64,000 bases of DNA from the human T2T-CHM13v2.0 reference genome, Homo sapiens, in assembly GCF_009914755.1 (NCBI RefSeq), contig NC_060935.1; one strand, written 5' to 3'. The notes beneath the pieces are model-generated. The model was not told the origin of the DNA and did not search any database. It was given only the letters and a program-made list of their open reading frames with translations. A program made the position numbers and the translations under genes. Each line of letters starts with the position of its first letter. Positions within the stretch are counted from its first letter, which is position 1. Of this stretch, positions 1-12,800 are shown piece after piece.

Positions 1-37
1 TAGAATCTGCAAGTGGACATTTGGAGGGCTTTGAGGC

Positions 38-54
38 CTGTGGTGGAAAAGGAA
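38..54 (+). promoter_or_regulatory. pJalpha-type (A-box) motif in an A-type monomer; representative, recurs once per HOR
   Basis: CTGTGGTGGAAAAGGAA matches the recalled pJalpha consensus CTAYGGTGRAAAAGGAA at 16/17 positions and occupies the position homologous to the CENP-B box. The second A monomer carries a more diverged CTACTGTAGTAAAGGAA. Confidence 0.75.
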
Positions 55-1228
55 AATCTTCACATAAAAACTAGATGGAAGCATTCTCAGAAACTACTTT
101 GTGATGATTGCATTCGACTCACAGAGTTGAACATTCCTATAGATACAGCAGGTTGTAAACAATCTTTTTGTAGAATCTGCGATTGGAGATTTGGACTGCT
201 TTGAGGCCTACTGTAGTAAAGGAAATAACTTCATCTAAAAACCAAACGGAAGCATTCACAGACAATTCTTAGGGATCATTGCATTGAACTAACAGAGCTG
301 AACATTCCTTTAGATGGCGCAGTTTCCAAACACACTTTCTGTAGAATCTGCAAGTGGATATTTGGACCTCTCTGAGGATTTCTTTGGAAACATGATAAAC
401 TTCCCAGAACTACACGGAAGCATTGTGAGAAACTTCTTTGTGATGTTTGCATTCAACTCACAGAGTTGAACCTTGCTTTCATAGTTCAGCTTTCAAACAC
501 TCTTTTTGTAGAATCTGCAAGTGGATATTTGGACCACTTTGTGGCCTTCCTTCGAAACGGGTATATCTTCACATCAAACCTAGACAGAAGCATTCTCAGA
601 ATGTTTCCTGTGATGACTGCATTCAACTCACAGAGGTGAACAATCCTGTTGATGGAGCAGTTTTGAAACTCTCTTTCTTTGGATTCTGCAAGTGGATATG
701 TGGACCTCTGTGAAGATTTCGTTGGAAACGGGTTCATCTTCACAGAAAAACTAAATAGAAGCATTCTCAGAAACTGCTTTGTCATGTTTGTGTTCCACTT
801 CAGGAATTGAACTTTCCTCTTGACAGAGCAGCTCTGAAACCCTCTTTTTCTAGAATCTGCAAGTGGACATTTGGAGGGATTTGAGGCCTGTGGTGGAAAA
901 GGAAAATCTTCACATAAAAACTAGATGGAAGCATTCTCAGAAACTACTTTGTGATGATTGCATTCGACTCACAGAGTTGAACATTCCTATAGATAGAGCA
1001 GGTTGTAAACAATCTTTTTGTAGAATCTGCGATTGGAGATTTGGACTGCTTTGAGGCCTACTGTAGTAAAGGAAATAACTTCATCTAAAAACCAAACGGA
1101 AGCATTCACAGACAATTCTTAGTGATCATTGCATTGAACTAACAGAGCTGAACATTCCTTTAGATGGCGCAGTTTCCAAACACACTTTCTGTAGAATCTG
1201 CAAGTGGATATTTGGACCTCTCTGAGGA

Positions 1229-1245
1229 TTTCGTTGGAAACGGGA
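1229..1245 (+). promoter_or_regulatory. CENP-B box 1 (intact); representative, recurs once per HOR
   Basis: TTTCGTTGGAAACGGGA matches all 9 core positions of NTTCGNNNNANNCGGGN. Confidence 0.96.
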
Positions 1246-1395
1246 TAAACTTCCCAGAACTACAGGGAAGCATTCTGAGAAACTTCTTTGTGATGTTTGC
1301 ATTCAACTCACAGAGTTGAACCTTGCTTTCATAGTTCAGCTTTCAAACACTCTTTTTGTAGAATCTGCAAGTGGATATTTGGACCACTTTGTGGC

Positions 1396-1412
1396 CTTCC
1401 TTCGAAACGGGT
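1396..1412 (+). promoter_or_regulatory. Degenerate CENP-B box in the middle B-type monomer; representative, recurs once per HOR
   Basis: CTTCCTTCGAAACGGGT has TTCC in place of the core TTCG (8/9 core positions). It lies 167 bp after box 1 and 171 bp before box 2. Confidence 0.88.
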
Positions 1413-1566
1413 ATATCTTCACATCAAACCTAGACAGAAGCATTCTCAGAATGTTTCCTGTGATGACTGCATTCAACTCACAGAGGTGAACAATCCTGCT
1501 GATGGAGCAGTTTTGAAACTCTCTTTCTTTGGATTCTGCAAGTGGATATGTGGACCTCTGTGAAGA

Positions 1567-1583
1567 TTTCGTTGGAAACGGGT
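1567..1583 (+). promoter_or_regulatory. CENP-B box 2 (intact); representative, recurs once per HOR
   Basis: TTTCGTTGGAAACGGGT matches all 9 core positions. It lies 338 bp after box 1 and 512 bp before the next box 1. Confidence 0.96.
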
Positions 1584-3825
1584 TCATCTTCACAGAAAAA
1601 CTAAACAGGAGCATTCTCAGAAACTGCTATGAGATGTTTGTGTTCCACTTCAAGAATTGAACTTTCCTCTTCACAGAGCAGCTCTGAAACCCTCTTTTTC
1701 TAGAATCTGCAAGTGGACATTTGGAGGGCTTTGAGGCCTGTGGTGGAAAAGGAAAATCTTCACATAAAAACTAGATGGAAGCATTCTCAGAAACTACTTT
1801 GTGATGATTGCATTCGACTCACAGAGTTGAACATTCCTATAGATAGAGCAGGTTGTAAACAATCTTTTTGTAGAATCTGCGATTGGAGATTTGGACTGCT
1901 TTGAGGCATACTGTAGTAAAGGAAATAACTTCATCTAAAAACCAAACGGAAGCATTCACAGACAATTCTTAGTGATCATTGCATTGAACTAACAGAGCTG
2001 AACATTCCTTTAGATGGCGCAGTTTCCAAACACACTTTCTGTAGAATCTGCAAGTGGATATTTGGACCTCTCTGAGGATTTCGTTGGAAACGGGATAAAC
2101 TTCCCAGAACTACACGGAAGCATTCTGAGAAACTTCTTTGTGATGTTTGCATTCAACTCACAGAGTTGAACCTTGCTTTCATAGTTCAGCTTTCAAACAC
2201 TCTTTTTGTAGAATCTGCAAGTGGATATTTGGACCACTTTGTGGCCTTCCTTCGAAACGGGTATATCTTCACATCAAACCTAGACAGAAGCATTCTCAGA
2301 ATGTTTCCTGTGATGACTGCATTCAACTCACAGAGGTGAACAATCCTGCTGATGGAGCAGTTTTGAAACTCTCTTTCTTTGGATTCTGCAAGTGGATATG
2401 TGGACCTCTGTGAAGATTTCGTTGGAAACGGGTTCATCTTCACAGAAAAACTAAACAGAAGCATTCTCAGAAACTGCTTTGTGATGTTTGTGTTCCACTT
2501 CAGGAATTGTACTTTCCTCTTGACAGAGCAGCTCTGAAACCCTCTTTTTCTAGAATCTGCAAGTGGACATTTGGAGGGCTTTGACGCCTGTGGTGGAATA
2601 GGAAAATGTTCACATAAAAACTAGATGGAAGCATTCTCAGAAACTACTTTGTGATGATTGCATTCGACTTACAGAGTTGAACATTCCTATAGATAGAGTA
2701 GGTTGTAAACAATCTTTTTGTAGAATCTGCGATTGGAGATTTGGACTGCTTTGAGGCCTACTGTAGTAAAGGAAATAACTTCATCTAAAAACCAAACGGA
2801 AGCATTCACAGACAATTCTTAGTGATCATTGGATTGAACTAACAGAGCTGAACATTCCTTTAGATGGAGCAGTTTCCAAACCCACTTTCTGTAGAATCTG
2901 CAAGTGGATATTTGGACTTCTCTGAGGATTTCGTTGGAAACGGGATAAACTTCTCAGAACTACACGGAAGCATTGTGAGAAACTTCTTAGTGATGTTTGC
3001 ATTCAACTCACAGAGTTGAACCTTGCTTTCATAGCTCAGCTTTCAAACACTCTTTTTGTAGAATCTGCAAGTGGATATTTGGACCACTTTGTGGCCTTCC
3101 TTCGAAACGGGTTTATCTTCACATCAAACCTAGACAGAAGCATTCTCAGAATGTTTCCTGTGATGACTGCATTCAACTCACAGAGGTGAACAATCCTGTT
3201 GATGGAGCAGTTTTGAAACTCTCTTTCTTTGGATTCTGCAAGTGGATATGTGGACCTCTGTGAAGATTTCGTTGGAAACGGGTTCATCTTCACAGAAAAA
3301 CTAAACAGAAGCATTCTCAGAAACTGCTTTGTGATGTTTGTGTTCCACTTCAGGAATTGAACTTTCCTCTTGACAGAGCAGCTCTGAAACCCTCTTATTC
3401 TAGAATCTGCAAGTTGACATTTGGAGGGCTTTGAGGCCTGTGGTGGAAAAGGAAAATCTTCACATAAAAACTAGATGGAAGCATTCTCAGAAACTACTTT
3501 GTGATGATTGCATTCGACTCACAGAGTTGAACATTCCTACAGATAGAGCAGGTTGTAAACAATCTTTTTGTAGAATCTGCGATTGGAGATTTGGACTGCT
3601 TTGAGGCCTACTGTAGTAAAGGAAATAACTTCATCTAAAAACCAAACGGAAGCATTCACAGACAATTCTTAGTGATCATTGCATTGAACTATCAGAGCTG
3701 AACATTCCTTTAGATGGAGCAGTTTCCAAACACACTTTCTGTAGAATCTGCAACTGGATATTTGGACTTCTCTGAGGATTTCGTTGGAAACGGGATAAAC
3801 TTCCCAGAACTACACGGAAGCATTG

Positions 3826-6800
3826 TGAGAAACTTCTTTGTGATGTTTGCATTCAACTCACAGAGTTGAACCTTGCTTTCATAGTTCAGCTTTCAAACAC
3901 TCTTTTTGTAGAATCTGCAAGTGGATATTTGGACCACTTTGTGGCCTTCCTTCGAAACGGGTATATCTTCACATCAAACCTAGACAGAAGCATTCTCAGA
4001 ATGTTTCCTGTGATGACTGCATTCAACTCACAGAGGTGAACAATCCTGCTGATGGAGCAGTTTTGAAACTCTCTTTCTTTGGATTCTGCAAGTGGATATG
4101 TGGACCTCTGTGAAGATTTCGTTGGAAACGGGTTCATCTTCACAGAAAAACTAAACAGGAGCATTCTCAGAAACTGCTTTGTCATGTTTGTGTTCCACTT
4201 CAAGAATTGAACTTTCCTCTTGACAGAGCAGCTCTGAAACCCTCTTTTTCTAGAATCTGCAAGTGGACATTTGGAGGGCTTTGAGGCCTGTGGTGGAAAA
4301 GGAAAATCTTCACATAAAAACTAGATGGAAGCATTCTCAGAAACTACTTTGTGATGATTGCATTCGACTCAAAGAGTTGAACATTCCTGTAGATAGAGCA
4401 GGTTGTAAACAATCTTTTTGTAGAATCTGCGATTGGAGATTTGGACTGCTTTGAGGCCTACTGTAGTAAAGGAAATGAATTCATCTAAAAACCAAACGGA
4501 AGCATTCACAGACAATTCTTAGTGATCATTGCATTGAACTAACAGAGCTGAACATTACTTTAGATGGCGCAGTTTCCAAACACACTTTCTGTAGAATCTG
4601 AAAGTGGATATTTGGACCTCTCTGAGGATTTCGTTGGAAACGGGATAAACTTCCCAGGACTACACGGAAGTATTCTGAGAAACTTCTTTGTGATGTTTGC
4701 ATTCAACTCACAGAGTTGAACCTTGCTTTCATAGTTCAGCTTTCAAACACTCTTTTTGTAGAATCTGCAAGTGGATATTTGGACCACTTTGTGGCCTTCC
4801 TTCGAAACGGGTATATCTTCACATCAAACCTAGACAGAAGCATTCTCAGAATGTTTCCTGTGATGACTGCATTCAACTCACAGAGGTGAACAATCCTGCT
4901 GATGGAGCAGTTTTGAAACTCTCTTTCTTTGGATTCTGCAAGTGGATATGTGGACCTCTGTGAAGATTTCGTTGGAAACGGGTTCATCTTCACAGAAAAA
5001 CTAAACAGAAGCATTCTCAGAAACTGCTTTGTGATGTTTGTGTTCCACTTCAGGAATCGAACTTTCGTCTTGACAGAGCAGCTCTGAAACCCTCTTTTTC
5101 TAGAATCTGCAAGTGGACATTTGGAGGGCTTTGAGGCCTGTGGTGGAAAAGGAAAATCTTCACATAAAAACTAGATGGAAGCATTCTCAGAAACTACTTT
5201 GTGATGATTGCATTCGACTCACAGAGCTGAACATTCCTATAGATAGAGCAGGTTGTAAACAATCTTTTTGTAGAATCTGCGATTGGAGATTTGGACTGCT
5301 TTGAGGCCTACTGTAGTAAAGGAAATAACTTCATCTAAAAACCAAACGGAAGCATTCACAGACAATTCTTAGTGATCATTGCACTGAACTAACAGAGCTG
5401 AACATTCCTTTAGATGGCGCAGTTTCCAAACACACTTTCTGTAGAATCTGCAAGTGGATATTTGGACCTTTCTGAGGATTTCGTTGGAAACGGGATAAAC
5501 TTCCCAGAACTACACGGAAGCATTCTGAGAAACTTCTTTGTGATGTTTGCATTCAACTCACAGAGTTGAACCTTGCTTTCATAGTTCAGCTTTCAAACAC
5601 TCTTTTTGTAGAATCTGCAAGTGGATATTTGGACCACTTTGTGGCCTTCCTTCGAAACGGGTATATCTTCACATCAAACCTAGACAGAAGCATTCTCAGA
5701 ATGTTTCCTGTGATGACTGCATTCAACTCACAGAGGTGAACAATCCTGCTGATGGAGCAGTTTTGAAACTCTCTTTCTTTGGATTCTGCAAGTGGATATG
5801 TGGACCTCTGTGAAGATTTCGTTGGAAACGGGTTCATCTTCACAGAAAAACTAAACAGGAGCATTCTCAGAAACTGCTTTGTCATGTTTGTGTTCCACTT
5901 CAAGAATTGAACTTTCCTCTTGACAGAGCAGCTCTGAAACCCTCTTTTTCTAGAATCTGCAAGTGGACATTTGGAGGGCTTTGAGTCCTGTGGTGGAAAA
6001 GGAAAATCTTCACATAAAAACTAGATGGAAGCATTCTCAGAAACTACTTTGTGATGATTGCATTCGACTCAAAGAGTTGAACATTCCTATAGATAGAGCA
6101 GGTTGTAAACAATCTTTTTGTAGAATCTGCGATTGGAGATTTGGACTGCTTTGAGGCCTACTGTAGTAAAGGAAATGAATTCATCTAAAAACCAAACGGA
6201 AGCATTCACAGAGAATTCTTAGTGATCATTGCATTGAACTAACAGAGCTGAACATTACTTTAGATGGCGCAGTTTCCAAACACACTTTCTGTAGAATCTG
6301 AAAGTGGATATTTGGACCTCTCTGAGGATTTCGTTGGAAACGGGATAAACTTCCCAGGACTACACGGAAGTATTCTGAGAAACTTCTTTGTGATGTTTGC
6401 ATTCAACTCACAGAGTTGAACCTTGCTTTCATAGTTCAGCTTTCAAACACTCTTTTTGTAGAATCTGCAAGTGGATATTTGGACCACTTTGTGGCCTTCC
6501 TTCGAAACGGGTATATCTTCACATCAAACCTAGATAGAAGCATTCTCAAAATGTTTCCTGTGATGACTGCATTCAACTCACAGAGGTGAACAATCCTGCT
6601 GATGGAGCAGTTTTGAAACTCTCTTTCTTTGGATTCTGCAAGTGGATATGTGGACCTCTGTGAAGATTTCGTTGGAAACGGGTTCATCTTCACAGAAAAA
6701 CTAAACAGAAGCATTCTCAGAAACTGCTTTGTGATGTTTGTGTTCCACTTCAGGAATTGAACTTTCCTCTTGACAGAGCAGCTCTGAAACCCTCTTATTC

Positions 6801-9800
6801 TAGAATCTGCAAGTGGACATTTGGAGGGCTTTGAGGCCTGTGGTGGAAAAGGAAAATCTTCACATAAAAACTAGATGGAAGCATTCTCAGAAACTACTTT
6901 GTGATGATTGCATTCGACTCACAGAGTTGAACATTCCTATAGATAGAGCAGGTTGTAACAATCTTTTTGTAGAATCTGCGATTGGAGATTTGGACTGCTT
7001 TGAGGCCTACTGTAGTAAAGGAAATAACTTCATCTAAAAACCAAACGGAAGCATTCACAGACAATTCTTAGTGATCATTGCATTGAACTAACAGAGCTGA
7101 ACATTCCTTTAGATGGCGCAGTTTCCAAACACACTTTCTGTAGAATCTGCAAGTGGATATTGGGACCTCTCTGAGGATTTCGTTGGAAACGGGATAAACT
7201 TCCCAGAACTACACGGAAGCATTCTGAGAAACTTCTTTGTGATGTTTGCATTCAACTCACAGAGTTGAACCTTGCTTTCATAGTTCAGCTTTCAAACACT
7301 CTTTTTGTAGAATCTGCAAGTGGATATTTGGACCACTTTGTGGCCTTCCTTCGAAACGGGTATATCTTCACATCAAACCTAGACAGAAGCATTCTCAGAA
7401 TGTTTCCTGTGATGACTGCATTCAACTCACAGAGGTGAACAATCCTGCTGATGGAGCACTTTTGAAACTCTCTTTCTTTGGATTCTGCAAGTGGATATGT
7501 GGACCTCTGTGAAGATTTCGTTGGAAACGGGTTCATCTTCACAGAAAAACTAAACAGGAGCATTCTCAGAAACTGCTTTGTGATGTTTGTGTTCCACTTC
7601 AAGAATTGAACTTTCCTCTTGACAGAGCAGCTCTGAAACCCTCTTTTTCTAGAATCTGCAAGTGGACATTTGGAGGGCTTTGAGGCCTGTGGTGGAAAAG
7701 GAAAATCTTCACATAAAAACTAGATGGAAGCATTCTCAGAAACTACTTTGTGATGATTGCACTCGACTCAAAGAGTTGAACATTCCTATAGATAGAGCAG
7801 GTTGTAAACAATCTTTTTGTAGAATCTGCGATTGCAGATTTGGACTGCTTTGAGGCCTACTGTAGTAAAGGAAATAACTTCATCTAAAAACCAAACGGAA
7901 GCATTCACAGACAATTCTTAGTGATCATTGCATTGAACTAACAGAGCTGAACATTCCTTTAGATGGCGCAGTTTCCAAACACACTTTCTGTAGAATCTGA
8001 AAGTGGATATTTGGACCTCTCTGAGGATTTCGTTGGAAACGGGATAAACTTCCCAGAACTACACGGAAGCATTCTGAGAAACTTCTTTGTGATGTTTGCA
8101 TTCAACTCACAGAGTTGAACCTTGCTTTCATAGTTCAGCTTTCAAACACTCTTTTTGTAGAATCTGCAAGTGGATATTTGGACCACTTTGTGGCCTTCCT
8201 TCGAAACGGGTATATCTTCACATCAAACGTAGACAGAAGCATTCTCAGAATGTTTCCTGTGATGACTGCATTCAACTCACAGAGGTGAACAATCCTGCTC
8301 ATGGAGCAGTTTTGAAACTCTCTTTCTTTGGATTCTGCAAGTGGATATGTGGACCTCTGTGAAGATTTCGTTGGAAACGGGTTCATCTTCACAGAAAAAC
8401 TAAACAGAAGGATTCTCAGAAACTGCTTTGTGATGTTTGTGTTCCACTTCAAGAATTGAACTTTCCTCTTGACAGAGCAGCTCTGAAACCCTCTTTTTCT
8501 AGAATCTGCAAGTGGACATATGGAGGGCTTTGAGGCCTGTGGTGGAAAAGGAAAATCTTCACATAAAAACTAGATGGAAGCATTCTCAGAAACTCCTTTG
8601 TGATGATTGCATTCGACTCACAGAGTTGAACATTCCTATAGATAGAGCAGGTTGTAAACAATCTTTTTGTAGAATCTGCGATTGGAGATTTGGACTGCTT
8701 TGAGGCCTACTGTAGTAAAGGAAATAACTTCATCTAAAAACCAAACGGAAGCATTCACAGACAATTCTTAGTGATCATTGCATTGAACTAACAGAGCTGA
8801 ACATTCCTTTAGATGGCGCAGTTTCCAAACACACTTTCTGTAGAATCTGCAAGTGGATATTTGGACCTCTCTGAGGATTTCGTTGGAAACGGGATAAACT
8901 TCCCAGAACTACACGGAAGCATTCTGAGAAACTTCTTTGTGATGTTTGCATTCAACTCACAGAGTTGAACCTTGCTTTCATAGTTCAGCTTTCAAACACT
9001 CTTTTTGTAGAATCTGCAAGTGGATATTTGGACCACTTTGTGGCCTTCCTTCGAAACGGGTATATCTTCACATCAAACCTAGACAGAAGCATTCTCAGAA
9101 TGTTTCCTGTGATGACTTCATTCAACTCACAGAGGTGAACAATCCTGCTGATGGAGCAGTTTTGAAACTCTCTTTCTTTGGATTCTGCAAGTGGATATGT
9201 GGACCTCTGTGAAGATTTCGTTGGAAACGGGTTCATCTTCACAGAAAAACTAAACAGGAGCATTCTCAGAAACTGCTTTGTGATGTTTGTGTTCCACTTC
9301 AAGAATTGAACTTTCCTCTTGACAGAGCAGCTCTGAAACCCTCTTTTTCTAGAATCTGCAAGTGGACATTTGGAGGGCTTTGAGGCCTGTGGTGGAAAAG
9401 GAAAATCTTCACATAAAAACTACATGGAAGCATTCTCAGAAACTACTTTGTGATGATTGCATTCGACTCACAGAGTTGAACATTCCTATAGATAGAGCAG
9501 GTTGTAAACAATCTTTTTGTAGAATCTGCGATTGGAGATTTGGACTGCTTTGAGGCCTACTGTAGTAAAGGAAATAACTTCATCTAAAAACCAAACGGAA
9601 GCATTCACAGACAATTCTTAGTGATCATTGCATTGAACTAACAGAGCTGAACATTCCTTTAGATGGCGCAGTTTCCAAACACACTTTCTGTAGAATCTGA
9701 AAGTGGATATTTGGACCTCTCTGAGGATTTCGTTGGAAACGGGATAAACTTCCCAGAACTACACGGAAGCATTGTGAGAATCTTCTTTGTGATGTTTGCA

Positions 9801-12800
9801 CTCAACTCACAGAGTTGAACCTTGCTTTCATAGTTCAGCTTTCAAACACTCTTTTTGTAGAATCTGCAAGTGGATATTTGGACCACCTTGTGGCCTTCCT
9901 TCGAAACGGGTATATCTTCACATCAAACCTAGACAGAAGCATTCTCAGAATGTTTCCTGTGATGACTGCATTCAACTCACAGAGGTGAACAATCTTGCTG
10001 ATGGAGCAGTTTTGAAACTCTCTTTCTTTGGATTCTGCAAGTGGATATGTGGACCTCTGTGAAGATTTCGTTGGAAACGGGTTCATCTTCACAGAAAAAC
10101 TAAATAGAAGCATTCTCAGAAACTGCTTTGTGATGTTTGTGTTCCACTTCAAGAATTGAACTTTCCTCTTGACAGAGCAGCTCTGAAACCCTCTTTTTCT
10201 AGAATCTGCAAGTGGACATTTGGAGGGCTTTGAGGCCTGTGGTGGAAATGGAAAATCTTCACATAAAAACTAGATGGAAGCATTCTCAGAAACTACTTTG
10301 TGATGATTGCACTCGACTCACAGAGTTGAACATTCCTATAGATAGAGCAGGTTGTAAACAATCTTTTTGTAGAATCTGCGATTGGAGATTTAGACTGCTT
10401 TGAGGCCTACTGTAGTAAAGGAAATTACTTCATCTAAAAACCAAACTGAAGCATTCACAGAGAATTCTTAGTGATCATTGCATTGAACTAACAGAGCTGA
10501 ACATTCCTTTAGATGGCGCAGTTTTCTAACACACTTTCTGTAGAATCTGAAAGTGGATATTTGGACCTCTCTGAGGATTTCGTTGGAAACGGGATAAACT
10601 TCCCAGAACTACACGGAAGCATTCTGAGAAACTTCTTTGTGATGTTTGCATTCAACTCACAGAGTTGAACCTTGCTTTCATAGTTCAGCTTTCAAACACT
10701 CTTTTTGTAGAATCTGCAAGTGGATATTTGGACCACTTTGTGGCCTTCCTTCGAAACGGGTATATCTTCACATCAAACCTAGACAGAAGCATTCTCAGAA
10801 TGTTTCCTGTGATGACTGCATTCAACTCACAGAGGTGAACAATCCTGTTGATGGAGCAGTTTTCAAACTCTCTTTCTTTGGATTCTGCAAGTGGATATGT
10901 GGACCTCTGTGAAGATTTCGTTGGAAACGGGTTCATCTTCACAGAAAAACAAAACAGAAGCATTCTCAGAAACTGCTTTGTGATGTTTGTGTTCCACTTC
11001 AAGAATTGAACTTTCCTCTTGATATAGCAGCTCTGAAACCCTCTTTTCTAGAATCTGCAAGTGGACATTTGGAGGGCTTTGAGGCCTGTGGTGGAAAAGG
11101 AAAATCTTCACATAAAAACTAGATGGAAGCATTCTCAGAAACTACTTTGTGATGATTGCATTCGACTCACAGAGCTGAACATTCCTATAGATAGAGCAGG
11201 TTGTAAACAATCTTTTTGTAGAATCTGCGATTGGAGATTTGGACTGCTTTGAGGCCTACTGTAGTAAAGGAAATAACTTCATCTAAAAACCAAACGGAAG
11301 CATTCACAGACAATTCTTAGTGATCATTGCATTGAACTAACAGAGCTGAACATTCCTTTAGATGGCGCAGTTTCCAAACACACTTTCTGTAGAATCTGCA
11401 AGTGGATATTTGGACCTTTCTGAGGATTTCGTTGGAAACGGGATAAACTTCCCAGAACTACACGGAAGCATTCTGAGAAACTTCTTTGTGATGTTTGCAT
11501 TCAACTCACAGAGTTGAACCTTGCTTTCATAGTTCAGCTTTCAAACACTCTTTTTGTAGAATCTGCAAGTGGATATTTGGACCACTTTGTGGCCTTCCTT
11601 CGAAACGGGTATATCTTCACATCAAACCTAGACAGAAGCATTCTCAGAATGTTTCCTGTGATGACTGCATTCAACTCACAGAGGTGAACAATCCTGCTGA
11701 TGGAGCAGTTTTGAAACTCTCTTTCTTTGGATTCTGCAAGTGGATATGTGGACCTCTGTGAAGATTTCGTTGGAAACGGGTTCATCTTCACAGAAAAACT
11801 AAACAGGAGCATTCTCAGAAACTGCTTTGTCATGTTTGTGTTCCACTTCAAGAATTGAACTTTCCTCTTGACAGAGCAGCTCTGAAACCCTCTTTTTCTA
11901 GAATCTGCAAGTGGACATTTGGAGGGCTTTGAGGCCTGTGGTGGAAAAGGAAAATCTTCACATAAAAACTAGATGGAAGCATTCTCAGAAACTACTTTGT
12001 GATGATTGCATTCGACTCAAAGAGTTGAACATTCCTGTAGATAGAGCAGGTTGTAAACAATCTTTTTGTAGAATCTGCGATTGGAGATTTGGACTGCTTT
12101 GAGGCCTACTGTAGTAAAGGAAATGAATTCATCTAAAAACCAAACGGAAGCATTCACAGAGAATTCTTAGTGATCATTGCATTGAACTAACAGAGCTGAA
12201 CATTACTTTAGATGGCGCAGTTTCCAAACACACTTTCTGTAGAATCTGAAAGTGGATATTTGGACCTCTCTGAGGATTTCGTTGGAAACGGGATAAACTT
12301 CCCAGGACTACACGGAAGTATTCTGAGAAACTTCTTTGTGATGTTTGCATTCAACTCACAGAGTTGAACCTTGCTTTCATAGTTCAGCTTTCAAACACTC
12401 TTTTTGTAGAATCTGCAAGTGGATATTTGGACCACTTTGTGGCCTTCCTTCGAAACGGGTATATCTTCACATCAAACCTAGACAGAAGCATTCTCAGAAT
12501 GTTTCCTGTGATGACTGCATTCAACTCACAGAGGTGAACAATCCTGCTGATGGAGCAGTTTTGAAACTCTCTTTCTTTGGATTCTGCAAGTGGATATGTG
12601 GACCTCTGTGAAGATTTCGTTGGAAACGGGTTCATCTTCACAGAAAAACTAAACAGAAGCATTCTCAGAAACTGCTTTGTGATGTTTGTGTTCCACTTCA
12701 GGAATCGAACTTTCGTCTTGACAGAGCAGCTCTGAAACCCTCTTTTTCTAGAATCTGCAAGTGGACATTTGGAGGGCTTTGAGGCCTGTGGTGGAAAAGG

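Larger units (their letters stand above)
849..1698 (+). repeat. Representative single 850-bp HOR unit (XbaI to XbaI)
   Basis: TCTAGA at 849-854 and again at 1699-1704, with five diverged alphoid monomers between them. Confidence 0.97.
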
